NCBI GenBank assembly: GCA_964531275.1
Contig: CAZHDZ010000006.1
Location: 14,963-78,962 of the forward strand
Direction of reading: 5' to 3'
Length of the DNA: 64,000 nucleotides
DNA from: an uncultured Gammaproteobacteria bacterium
GTDB taxonomy: Bacteria > Patescibacteriota > Microgenomatia > Levybacterales > GWA1-39-11
Of this stretch, positions 37,698 to 46,610 are shown one piece after another; position 1 is the first letter of the stretch; every line of letters begins with the position of its first letter. Below the pieces are notes generated by a model that ran no database searches, was not told the origin of the DNA, and saw only the letters and a list, made by a program, of their open reading frames with translations. The position numbers and the translations under genes are program-made.

Positions 37698-38201
37698 TTA
37701 TTTTTTGCCTCCGACTTTTACCTGCGCCGGTCTTATTAATTTTCCGTGCAAAGTAAATCCCGGACGTACTTCTTCTATTACTTCATCGCTATTTCCTTCT
37801 ACTACCTCTATCGCTTCCATCGTGTCTGCATTATATTTTGCACCAATAGTTGCGATCTTTTCAATACCATTCTCTTTTAAAATCTCAATAATTCTTGCAA
37901 TCGTTAATTTAACACTCTCGTCGTTAGTATACTTACCTGCCATCATCAATGTGTCAAAGGCCGGTAAGAGTGCTTCTATTAAATTCCTATTTGCAAACCT
38001 TATTGCGTCTAATCGCTCCTCACTGCTTCGTCTCTCTAAGTTTCTATAATCTGCAACTGCCCTCTTTAATTGATCAGTTAGTTCCTCTATCCTTTCGTCT
38101 TTCTCATCTTTTTCAATGACCTCTTCAACTTCCTCAACTATTTCCTCTTTTTTCTCTTCTTGTTTTAGATTTTTATCATTCATTTGCTTACCAATTTGCA
38201 A
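37698..38201 (-). CDS. grpE: Nucleotide exchange factor GrpE
   Basis: LKRAVADYRNLERRS and a C-terminal beta domain. Sits between hrcA and dnaK. Confidence 0.9.
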   Translation of the reverse strand: MQIGKQMNDKNLKQEEKKEEIVEEVEEVIEKDEKDERIEELTDQLKRAVADYRNLERRSSEERLDAIRFANRNLIEALLPAFDTLMMAGKYTNDESVKLTIARIIEILKENGIEKIATIGAKYNADTMEAIEVVEGNSDEVIEEVRPGFTLHGKLIRPAQVKVGGKK

Positions 38202-38910
38202 CTTCTTCTATTAAAGAGCCGTAGTACCTTACTAGTGGCACGATATTTTCATATCTTAACCTGGCAGGTCCAACAACGCCTATGGTTCCGTCCTGATTGC
38301 TTCTTGTATGAAATTTCGAAAAAACAAAACTATAAGGTCTAAATAATTCCAACTCTAAATCTTCCCCCAAAACTACAGCAAACTTTTCATTAATTCTTCC
38401 AAAAATTGTATCAAAATAATCTTGATTGTCCAATAGATTTAAAAGATTACGTGTTACATCAATGTCGTAAAACTCAGGCATATCAAGAATCTGTGAATAC
38501 CCGGCGCAGTAAAAGTCTCCACCCTTGCTAATTGCAACCGCTAATGTCCCGGTCTTTTCAGCTAGTCTATGAGTCGCAAGACGCATAAATTCTCCTTCTT
38601 TCTCTCTGACGTCCCAAATTTTTTCTTTTGCCTCTACCTCCTCAGCAACTGAAAGCTCTTTCTCTTTCATAAGCTCATTTACATATAGCTTAATTGCTTT
38701 AGATGTGGGAACACGACCAGCAGATGTGTGTGGCTTTCCAAGGTATCCTTTCTTAACCATTGCCGCCATTTCATTTCTGATCGTCGCAGGGCTTACACCG
38801 ACATCATATTTTTTTTCAAGGGTCTCTGAGCCAACTGGGTTGGCCGTATCTATATACTCTTTAACAATTTGTTTGAGTATTTCAATCTGTCTTTGTGTTA
38901 AATCATACAT
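38188..38910 (-). CDS. hrcA: Heat-inducible transcription repressor HrcA (short form)
   Basis: N-terminal winged-helix LTQRQIEILKQIVKEYIDTANPVGSETL is the classic HrcA start. Forms an operon with grpE-dnaK. Confidence 0.85.
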   Translation of the reverse strand: MYDLTQRQIEILKQIVKEYIDTANPVGSETLEKKYDVGVSPATIRNEMAAMVKKGYLGKPHTSAGRVPTSKAIKLYVNELMKEKELSVAEEVEAKEKIWDVREKEGEFMRLATHRLAEKTGTLAVAISKGGDFYCAGYSQILDMPEFYDIDVTRNLLNLLDNQDYFDTIFGRINEKFAVVLGEDLELELFRPYSFVFSKFHTRSNQDGTIGVVGPARLRYENIVPLVRYYGSLIEEVANW

Positions 38911-38959
38911 ATTTTAATGAATTCAATCTCATATACCCTGCTAAATGAAATATACGAGA

Positions 38960-38986
38960 TTAGCAATAATATATCACGAGTGCTAA
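38960..38986 (-). promoter_or_regulatory. CIRCE operator upstream of hrcA: on the gene strand TTAGCACTC-GTGATATAT-TATTGCTAA (left arm canonical, right arm 7/9)
   Basis: Read directly in the sequence, 50-75 nt upstream of the hrcA start. Confidence 0.6.
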
Positions 38987-39023
38987 GTTGTGTCAATACC
39001 GTGGTTTTATGTTACCCTAAAAT

Positions 39024-39360
39024 TATGAACGCCAGGAAGAAATTTGTACCATACTTATTCATTGCTATTCTGTCTTTAGTAGGACTCTTCCTATATATAC
39101 ATACGTTCACTCCTACTAAATCGATTGATTTTTTTGATGTCCAAATTATTCCTATTGCTCCTTTCCTCGCAATTTTTTTTCTTACCGTCTCATGTCTTTT
39201 TGCATTCATCCTAGCTAATTCGAGGCGTGGACTTTTGGTCGGACTTTTTGCAATAAGCTTTTTATTCCTTCAATACATTCGGTATAATAATGTTTTCTAT
39301 ACTATTCTTCTTATTCTGATTTTTACCCTTATCGAATTTTTATTCTGGAAAAAGAAGTGA
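39024..39360 (+). CDS. Small 3-TM membrane protein (start moved to Met at 39024, leaving the hrcA operator region intergenic)
   Basis: ORF 38917..39360. Hydrophobic segments. Confidence 0.4.
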
Positions 39361-39406
39361 GATTCCACTCATTGTCCTTAGCCTCAAAAATTGGTAAAAT
39401 GAATGT

Positions 39407-40831
39407 ATGGATGAAAATAAAAAATTCTATATAACAACTGCTATTCCATACGTAAACGGAAAACCTCATATCGGCCATGCATTGGAATATTTCCAGGCAG
39501 ATACCATAAGAAATTACCAAAAACTTATCGGAAAAGAAACTCTTTTATTGTCTGGTGCAGATGAAAACGCATTAAAAAATGTTCAGGCAGCTGAGAAAGA
39601 AGGAACCCCAGTGCAAGACTTTCTAGATAAAAATTCTGAAGTATTTCGAAATGCTTTTGCGAGCCTAGGAGTCAAACTTGATGTGTTTGAAAGAGGTTCA
39701 GATTCCGTAAGTCATTTTCCTGGAGTACAGAAATTATGGAATCTATGCCTAGAAAATGGAGATATATACAAAAAAGAATACACCGGACTATATTGTATCG
39801 GTTGTGAAAGTTTTAAAACTGAGACTGACCTGGTCGATGGTAAATGTCCAGATCATTTGACAGTACCGGAAAAAGTAACAGAAGAGAATTATTTTTTTAA
39901 ATTATCAACCTACCAGAATATACTTTTAGAGAAAATTGAATCAAACGAAATTAAGATCATTCCAGAAAACAAAAAAAGTGAAATTATTTCCTTCATATCT
40001 TCAGGCTTGGAAGATTTCTCAATATCAAGAAGCAAGGAACGCGCAAAAGGAGTTGGTGTACCTGTTCCTGGTGACCCAAACCAAGTAATGTATGTATGGT
40101 TTGATGCATTAGCGATTTATATTACTGGAATTGGTTATGGAACAGATGAGGAAAAATTTCAAAAATGGTGGCCCGCAGATGTACATGTTATAGGCAAGGA
40201 TATTAATAGATTCCACACAGTCTATTGGCCTGCAATGTTGCTCTCCGCAAAATTGCCACTTCCAAAATGTGTTCTAATTCATGGCTTCATTACATCCAAT
40301 GGACAAAAAATGTCAAAAACATTAGGCAATGTCATAGATCCTTTTGAAATGGTAGAAAAATTTGGACTTGAACCATTTAGATATTTTCTGCTTTCCCAAG
40401 TTCCTACCAATGATGACGGTGACTTTACCCAAGAACGCTTTAAAGAAGTCTACACATCAGAACTTTCAAATGGCTTAGGAAATTTAGTCGCAAGAGTCGC
40501 AAAGCTGGCAGAAAATAATAATATTTCAATAGATCCATATGATAATTCGTTTGTTCCCGAGGTTGAAGATGATCTTAAAGACTTTAGATTTAACATAGCG
40601 ATACAAAGAATAAGAGGGGTCATAGCGGCGCTTGATAAATCAGTAAATGAAAGTAAGCCATGGGAGTTAAAAGGAAATGAGGCGGTAAATGTAATAACGG
40701 TACTTTCGAAAGGAGTCCAACAAGTTGCATTTAATCTACAGCCATTTCTTCCAGACACTGCCAGAAAAATTTTGAACCAATTTTCGGGAGAAATCAGAAG
40801 CTCTAGCCCCCTATTCCCTCGCTTAGGCTAG
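39407..40831 (+). CDS. metG: Methionyl-tRNA synthetase (short form, no C-terminal tRNA-binding extension)
   Basis: A PYVNGKPHIGHA HIGH-type motif, KMSKTLGN (KMSKS), and a CxxC...C zinc knuckle. Confidence 0.95.
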   Translation: MDENKKFYITTAIPYVNGKPHIGHALEYFQADTIRNYQKLIGKETLLLSGADENALKNVQAAEKEGTPVQDFLDKNSEVFRNAFASLGVKLDVFERGSDSVSHFPGVQKLWNLCLENGDIYKKEYTGLYCIGCESFKTETDLVDGKCPDHLTVPEKVTEENYFFKLSTYQNILLEKIESNEIKIIPENKKSEIISFISSGLEDFSISRSKERAKGVGVPVPGDPNQVMYVWFDALAIYITGIGYGTDEEKFQKWWPADVHVIGKDINRFHTVYWPAMLLSAKLPLPKCVLIHGFITSNGQKMSKTLGNVIDPFEMVEKFGLEPFRYFLLSQVPTNDDGDFTQERFKEVYTSELSNGLGNLVARVAKLAENNNISIDPYDNSFVPEVEDDLKDFRFNIAIQRIRGVIAALDKSVNESKPWELKGNEAVNVITVLSKGVQQVAFNLQPFLPDTARKILNQFSGEIRSSSPLFPRLG

Positions 40832-41377
40832 TTCGTTATTGATGTAATCAATTGCTTCCCGCGGTGTGTCGGCAAAAAATACTATTTCCTCAACAGTATG
40901 TGTCAGAAATCCTTCGTCGTACATTTTTTGCAATTGAATTTTAAGCCCTTCATAAAAGTTATCCGAATTTAGAAAAACGATAGGCTTTGCATGGTGCTTA
41001 TGCTTTTTATGCTCAATGACTTCCGTAACTTCGTCAAGAGTTCCGATGCCGCCTGGAAGCACAACTATTGCATCTCCTCTGGCCATCATCGTTGCCTTTC
41101 GTTCAGAAAGATCTTTTGTAATAATCATCTCATCTGCATTTTCACGCGCTTTCCATTTTAAGAACTCCACAGAAACACCTATTATATTTCCACCATTTTC
41201 TTGAACTGTATCAGCCATTACTTTCATAAGACCAGTATTAGATCCTCCCCAAACAAGTGAGTAGTTATTTTGCGGAATCATTTTTCCAAATTCGATAGCA
41301 GGTTTTGTATATTTTTCCTGGAGGTCATTGGCTGAACAAAAAACTAATATGCTCTTCATTGACTTGATTATAAACAA
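40823..41377 (-). CDS. LOG-family protein (cytokinin riboside 5'-monophosphate phosphoribohydrolase-like / TIGR00730)
   Basis: GGSNTGLMKV and VVLPGGIGTLDEVTEV motifs. Confidence 0.85.
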   Translation of the reverse strand: MFIIKSMKSILVFCSANDLQEKYTKPAIEFGKMIPQNNYSLVWGGSNTGLMKVMADTVQENGGNIIGVSVEFLKWKARENADEMIITKDLSERKATMMARGDAIVVLPGGIGTLDEVTEVIEHKKHKHHAKPIVFLNSDNFYEGLKIQLQKMYDEGFLTHTVEEIVFFADTPREAIDYINNELA

Positions 41378-41396
41378 AAAACCTCCCGAATTTTCG

Positions 41397-41428
41397 AGAG
41401 GTTTTTTGAGTGACCTGCCTTTTTCAAA
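41397..41428 (-). terminator. Intrinsic terminator-like hairpin flanked by A and T runs (aaaaaaCCTCCCGAAttttCGAGAGGtttttt), downstream of hsp20
   Basis: GC-containing imperfect stem plus a T-tract, read on both strands. Confidence 0.5.
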
Positions 41429-41444
41429 GCGAAACGGTTCATTT

Positions 41445-41888
41445 TTAAGCAGATACTTTTGCCTTTTTTGATACTGTTATTTTCTTAGGCTCTTTCTTTT
41501 CTGCTTTCTTAAAAGCCAGTCTAAGAACTCCATTATCAAGCTCTGCCGTAGGCTCTTCATCTCTCACTACTCCTTCAGGAATTCTGAATGAGTAATTGAA
41601 TGAAGTTGCCATAGAGGACATGAAATATCTCTTCTTACTCTTTTCCTCGTCGCTTTGAGAAGAAGATGCACTAACTCTTACGATACCCTCTTCAAAAGTG
41701 ACATCAATTTTGTCCTCGGAGATTCCAGGAATTGCCGCTTCTGCAACAATTGCGTCTTCGGTCTCATAAAGATTGAGCCCCTGAGACATAAATTTTGAAA
41801 TACCTGGAATCGTTGGAAATTCAAAATCGTCATCTAACATACGATCCAAATTCCAAGGATTCCATCTTATTATTGCCATATTTTTCAC
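41445..41888 (-). CDS. Small heat shock protein, Hsp20/alpha-crystallin family
   Basis: Alpha-crystallin domain pattern: AEAAIPGISEDKIDVTFEEGIVRVSAS...GVLRLAFKK. Confidence 0.85.
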   Translation of the reverse strand: MKNMAIIRWNPWNLDRMLDDDFEFPTIPGISKFMSQGLNLYETEDAIVAEAAIPGISEDKIDVTFEEGIVRVSASSSQSDEEKSKKRYFMSSMATSFNYSFRIPEGVVRDEEPTAELDNGVLRLAFKKAEKKEPKKITVSKKAKVSA

Positions 41889-41916
41889 CTCCTTTTGAAC
41901 CTAAATTTGGTTATTT

Positions 41917-41943
41917 TTATCAGTATACAACCTCGAGTGCTAA
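41917..41943 (-). promoter_or_regulatory. CIRCE-like element upstream of hsp20: gene strand TTAGCACTC-GAGGTTGTA-TACTGATAA (left arm canonical, right arm 6/9)
   Basis: Read in the sequence in the hsp20 / PEGA divergent intergenic region. Confidence 0.4.
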
Positions 41944-41987
41944 TTTGTCAAGTCTATTTATGTCTGTTATCATTGGTAGTTACCACT

Positions 41988-42842
41988 ATGAAACGAAAAC
42001 TTCTCCTTGGCCTATCTATAATATTAGTTGCTTCTGGATTATTTCTGTTGGTTAGAGTTATCTATTCATTTCGAGATATTGAAAAGGGGGGACTTCAAGT
42101 AACTGCAAACGTGCATGGCCGCGTATTGTTAGACGGAAAAGACATCGGTGAAATCCCAGTAAGAAAAACTAGCTCAACAGATACTGTCCCCGTTGGAAAT
42201 TATGAATTAAGAATAGAGCCGGAAGATACAACCTTATCCTCATATACGGCAAGGGTACGCATCAATGGCGGAGTACTGACAGCTGTTGATAAAACATTTC
42301 TACCAGGGTCTCTAGGAAGCGCATATGCGTTAACTCTTGAAAAAACACAGAATCAAAAACCTAAAATTGATATTACCTCTGTTCCTAGTGGTGCTCTAGT
42401 TACGATAGATAGCGTTGCTGTAGGAGCAACTCCTTACTCCTCTGATTCCCTATCAGCATCAGAGCATGAAATTGAAATTCAAAAAGAGGGATTTGCAAAG
42501 AAAACAATTCGGGTAAAAACTGTAGAAAAACATACGCTAGTTGTTAGTGCGGCGCTTGGGACCGGAGACATTGGGACAGTTCAGATTCCAGCCAACATAT
42601 CACCGACACCTTCAGTTTCCGCTTCTCCAACTCCAGTGGTTGCTGCAACAACCATTACAATTCTCAAAACTCCTAATGGGTTCTTAAGAGTAAGAAGCGG
42701 ACCGAGTACTTCTTTCGGCGAAGTAGCACGAGTGAGACCTGGCGAAACCTACACGATAATCACTCAAGAAAATGGATGGTATCAGATACAAGCTGAAGGA
42801 GTAAATGGCTGGATCTCAAGCCAATTTGCTAGTGTAAATTAG
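41988..42842 (+). CDS. Membrane-anchored protein with PEGA domains and a C-terminal bacterial SH3 (SH3b) domain
   Basis: A PEGA motif (VTIDSVAVGATPYSS...HEIEIQKEGFAKKTIRVK) and an SH3b motif (GFLRVRSGPSTSFGEVARVRPGETYTIITQENGWYQI). Confidence 0.7.
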   Translation: MKRKLLLGLSIILVASGLFLLVRVIYSFRDIEKGGLQVTANVHGRVLLDGKDIGEIPVRKTSSTDTVPVGNYELRIEPEDTTLSSYTARVRINGGVLTAVDKTFLPGSLGSAYALTLEKTQNQKPKIDITSVPSGALVTIDSVAVGATPYSSDSLSASEHEIEIQKEGFAKKTIRVKTVEKHTLVVSAALGTGDIGTVQIPANISPTPSVSASPTPVVAATTITILKTPNGFLRVRSGPSTSFGEVARVRPGETYTIITQENGWYQIQAEGVNGWISSQFASVN

Positions 42843-42845
42843 CAC

Positions 42846-43811
42846 TTAACCTCCTATAAAGTAGATAATAAATATTACTAAAAATCCCCAAATTATGACT
42901 GATGCCAACAACGGTTTATCTGAAAGTAAAACCTTATCTGGGCTTTCACCCTCCTTCTTCTCGTAAATATCTTGAAGATAGCGCATTACTCCATAGATTA
43001 CAGGAAGTATCGTTATCATCAACCATTTCCTATTAAAATAGGAAGGTAAAAATTCTGGCAAAAGAATATCCAAGCCAATATGCAGACCTCGGGGTGTTGC
43101 CAAGAATGTGAATAGACCATAGAACACAAATGTACTTGTCGCAAAAATTGTTGAGAATGAATCAAGAAGTGCTTCTGAATAATGAGATAATGTTTTTCTG
43201 ACTTCGTCAATTTTTGCTCCCTTTACATTTTGTAGAAGTGTTAATTCAGACCTCCTTTTTCCAACAGCAAGAAAAAGAGACAATGAAACGGCTGTCAATA
43301 GCAGCCATATCGATGTGTGGAAGTTTGAGATGGCTTCTCCGGCAAGTATTCGTAAAATGTATCCTGTAGCAATAAAGAGAATATCAAATATTGTTATTGA
43401 TTTGAAAATTGTTGAATAGAGCACCTGAAGCAACATATAGGCAATACCAATAACTACAAAGAGATAACTTGTGTTAATTGCTATTGTGAATGCTGCGACC
43501 AGCATGACAACAAGAAGAACCAATGCTTCTGGGACAGATACTTCACCATTTGCGATAGGTCTGTGTCTTTTAAAAGGATGAAGTCTATCCTTCTTAACAT
43601 CAAGGATGTCGTTAAAGATATATGTTGAAGAAGCAAACAGACAAAACGCAACAAATCCGCTGACTACTTGAAAGAAAAGATCGGGGTTAAAAAGTTGGCC
43701 GGCAAATGTAATACCAGCAAAAAGGGCCGAGTTCTTTATCCACTGTCGTGGACGTAATAATTTCAGGACATAGTATAAATGCCTAATCATTGTATTCCCT
43801 CTTCCCTGCAA
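42846..43811 (-). CDS. UbiA-family prenyltransferase of the decaprenyl-phosphate 5-phosphoribosyltransferase (DPPR synthase) type
   Basis: RPRQWIKNSALFAG...FNDILDVKKDRLHPFKRHRPIANG: the NDxxDxxxD motif and the characteristic DPPR-synthase N-terminus. Confidence 0.75.
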   Translation of the reverse strand: MQGRGNTMIRHLYYVLKLLRPRQWIKNSALFAGITFAGQLFNPDLFFQVVSGFVAFCLFASSTYIFNDILDVKKDRLHPFKRHRPIANGEVSVPEALVLLVVMLVAAFTIAINTSYLFVVIGIAYMLLQVLYSTIFKSITIFDILFIATGYILRILAGEAISNFHTSIWLLLTAVSLSLFLAVGKRRSELTLLQNVKGAKIDEVRKTLSHYSEALLDSFSTIFATSTFVFYGLFTFLATPRGLHIGLDILLPEFLPSYFNRKWLMITILPVIYGVMRYLQDIYEKKEGESPDKVLLSDKPLLASVIIWGFLVIFIIYFIGG

Positions 43812-44835
43812 TTCGCAGCATAAATATAAAACCTAACACTACAACTACTACCAACATTATAACAAAAAGTTTTCCTCTACTCGAAGCACTTAATGCAACT
43901 ACTCCTAAGATTAATGACATTAACCAATAAAATACTGCAATACTTCTATGTCCCATTCCATAATTTAGAAGCAAATGATGAAGGTGACCTCTATCATGCC
44001 AAAACGGAGATTTCTTTGAGAGAATTCTTCTTATTATAGTAATTGCAGCATCAACGCTTGGAACTCCCATAACAAGAACTGCAGTAGCAAGTTTGACTCC
44101 TGAAGTTATTGATAGAATTCCAATAAAATATCCTAGTATCGTTGCGCTATAACCTGGAAAAATTTTAGCCGGATAAAAATTGAAAAAGAGAAATCCAAGA
44201 GATGCTCCCCCAACTATGAACGAAAACATTGTTGTTACATAACTCATCTCTTCCACAGATAGGAACCGTAAGGCAGCTATGCCTATCACGAAAGATGAGA
44301 TTGCTGCAATACCAGGCATTTGTCCGTCAACACCCTTACTCCAATTCAACATGTTCATAACCCACACAATCCAGACTATCGCGAGAATGTCTCCAAAGCG
44401 AAGTGTCATAAAAATCAGGTCCATTGAAAAGTCGGTAAAATGCAATATTCCTCCAAAAGGATTGGTTATAAAAGGAATAGTAACCCCAGCATATACTGCT
44501 ATTGCGGCAGCCAGAATATTAATCCCAAAGCGAATATATGGGGAAAGATCGTATTTGTCATCAAGAACCCCCGTAACAACAACTATTAAACCTCCCAGTA
44601 GTAAGGTGAGTGTAAATGCGTCAAGTGGTGTAAATATCAATGCAGCAACTGCAATACCAGCATAAATGGCAAGTCCTCCAGCACGAGGAATGGGCTTTTT
44701 GTGAAGCAAGGCGGGGTGCTTATGGGTCTTAGGATCGTCAATAAGATTTGCCTTCTTGGCAAATTTAATAACCAAAGGAACAGACAAAAGAGAAACAAGG
44801 AATGCTACAACGGGTGCCCAAATAAATTCTTGCAT
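43783..44835 (-). CDS. Glycosyltransferase family 4 polyprenyl-phosphate N-acetylhexosamine-1-phosphate transferase (WecA/TagO-like rather than MraY)
   Basis: HKKPIPRAGGLAIY and the DRGHLHHLLL motif (WecA DxxHxHHRL). Confidence 0.75.
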   Translation of the reverse strand: MQEFIWAPVVAFLVSLLSVPLVIKFAKKANLIDDPKTHKHPALLHKKPIPRAGGLAIYAGIAVAALIFTPLDAFTLTLLLGGLIVVVTGVLDDKYDLSPYIRFGINILAAAIAVYAGVTIPFITNPFGGILHFTDFSMDLIFMTLRFGDILAIVWIVWVMNMLNWSKGVDGQMPGIAAISSFVIGIAALRFLSVEEMSYVTTMFSFIVGGASLGFLFFNFYPAKIFPGYSATILGYFIGILSITSGVKLATAVLVMGVPSVDAAITIIRRILSKKSPFWHDRGHLHHLLLNYGMGHRSIAVFYWLMSLILGVVALSASSRGKLFVIMLVVVVVLGFIFMLRIAGKREYND

Positions 44836-45188
44836 TAAAATGTTAAAAATAAAATCTGTAAATAAGCTAACAGCCCAAGGAGCAAGAACAAAAAAGTATT
44901 GAACATTACAATTCTAGCAACCAGAACATACTTAGAATACGCAAATGAAGCTTGCAGTATATTTGCCATAAATATCCCAAGGAGAAGAAGGGGAAGAAAG
45001 ATGGATACTGAAGAACTAACCAGCCTATCCTCGCCCCATGGCATACTATTAAAAAAGGGTATCAGTGGAGGTAGATTTGAATAAGTTGCAATAATAATTG
45101 CAGTAAGGGGAATAATAAATAAAAAGGATAAAACAAGTGATATCCTCACAAATTGATCGGAGATAATTAGTTTAAATTTGCCTTTCAT
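44835..45188 (-). CDS. Small 3-TM membrane protein within the glycosyltransferase operon
   Basis: ORF track; overlaps both neighbours. Confidence 0.4.
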   Translation of the reverse strand: MKGKFKLIISDQFVRISLVLSFLFIIPLTAIIIATYSNLPPLIPFFNSMPWGEDRLVSSSVSIFLPLLLLGIFMANILQASFAYSKYVLVARIVMFNTFLFLLLGLLAYLQILFLTF

Positions 45189-46608
45189 AAATCTTTGTTC
45201 CTTCCATAATATATCTTAAATGGTACGAAGATAATATATCATTCACCAATGGTCCGTCGACTGTCTGAATTATATACTTTGGCTTTGCCGTTTCAATCTC
45301 TTCTTTTGTAACAATGTCTGCGTTTTTATAGAATTTAATGTGATATGCAACTATATATTTCCCAATTGGAAGCTTATTTGATAAAGCGTAAATCTGGGGA
45401 CTGTCAGACCACAGGAATACACTTTCTTCTGGCGAGACATTCATGGCTATAAAGTTAGCAACATTATAATCTCGTGGAGTATTGGCATCGAAAAAATATT
45501 CATATTGGATAATACTTTTACCCCCCGTCATAAATTCCAAATAATTTTTATAATACGGGATTGTTTTTTTATAAATTTGAAAATGAAAATAACCAATAAA
45601 TGAAATTGCAATTATCATAACCATGCTTATAATTTTGCCTTTTCTATTTTCCAAAATATGTCCAAAAAGTAATGAAAATGCAGGCAACAGAACCAAAAGA
45701 TAATGTGTATATGGCCGATCTGAAAAGAACGCACTGTACAAGCCGAATATAACCCACATATATATAAAAATTGTTGCTTTGGAAAATTTGCTACGCCTTA
45801 AAAACAGCAAAAGCGTAACAAATCCAAGAAGTATTGTTTTGATAATAAGAATACCCATTGGAAATACAAAGGCATTTTCCTCACCTACGTAGGAAATATT
45901 CTGAATAAAAACAGCGCTGATAAAATCTGTTAAGGCACCTAAAAAGAAAAACACTATTCCTGCAAGAAACGTCAACGAAAACGCGCATAGTAAAAAGATA
46001 CTGTATGGTCTTACATCAATTCTATTTTTCTGGAAAGAACTTACCGTTATAAGAAATACCAAAAAAGCAGCCACATCAAAAATTGCAACTACTTTTGTTA
46101 ACAATGCAACTGCAAGGAGAAGACCGGAGATTGCCATATGCACTTTCTTTTGAGATTCAACAAAACAAAACGCATAATATGCAGCAAATATTACGGGGAG
46201 CAACATAAAGTTTTCGGCATTTGCAATATTTCCCTCTAGAAGAGGTGTGCCAAATAAAAATGCGTAAATCCCAACAGAAATATATCTCGCTTTTTTACTT
46301 ACGAATAGCTTAGTGCTAAGGAGGTAAAATGCAAAAATTGAACAGAGCCCGCTTAATAAGGACAGTAATTTAACAAAATATAAATTTCCATTTACTGCGG
46401 CGTAGATAAGATAGAGAAGCGGGGGCTTATTGTCCCAGATATCCTGATATAGGACTCTCCCATCCAACAGCGCTCTGCCAATTACCTGATAGATTCCTTC
46501 ATCTCCATACCAATGCGGTTCTGCAAGTGAGGGGATTCGAAGTAATACAAAAAATGTAGAGATTAATAAAAGTACCCAGGCGGTTTTGTGCTTTCTGAAT
46601 TTCTCCAT
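45172..46608 (-). CDS. GT-C-fold glycosyltransferase (family 39/83, ArnT/PMT-like) polytopic membrane protein
   Basis: Periplasmic-loop motif HWYGDEGIY (DE/DD motif). About 12 TM. Confidence 0.7.
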   Translation of the reverse strand: MEKFRKHKTAWVLLLISTFFVLLRIPSLAEPHWYGDEGIYQVIGRALLDGRVLYQDIWDNKPPLLYLIYAAVNGNLYFVKLLSLLSGLCSIFAFYLLSTKLFVSKKARYISVGIYAFLFGTPLLEGNIANAENFMLLPVIFAAYYAFCFVESQKKVHMAISGLLLAVALLTKVVAIFDVAAFLVFLITVSSFQKNRIDVRPYSIFLLCAFSLTFLAGIVFFFLGALTDFISAVFIQNISYVGEENAFVFPMGILIIKTILLGFVTLLLFLRRSKFSKATIFIYMWVIFGLYSAFFSDRPYTHYLLVLLPAFSLLFGHILENRKGKIISMVMIIAISFIGYFHFQIYKKTIPYYKNYLEFMTGGKSIIQYEYFFDANTPRDYNVANFIAMNVSPEESVFLWSDSPQIYALSNKLPIGKYIVAYHIKFYKNADIVTKEEIETAKPKYIIQTVDGPLVNDILSSYHLRYIMEGTKIYERQI

Positions 46609-46610
46609 AC

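Noticed and set aside
40823-40831. 9-nt convergent overlap between the metG stop and the LOG-family gene stop
   Set aside because: Ordinary convergent gene packing in a compact genome, with no regulatory implication evident.
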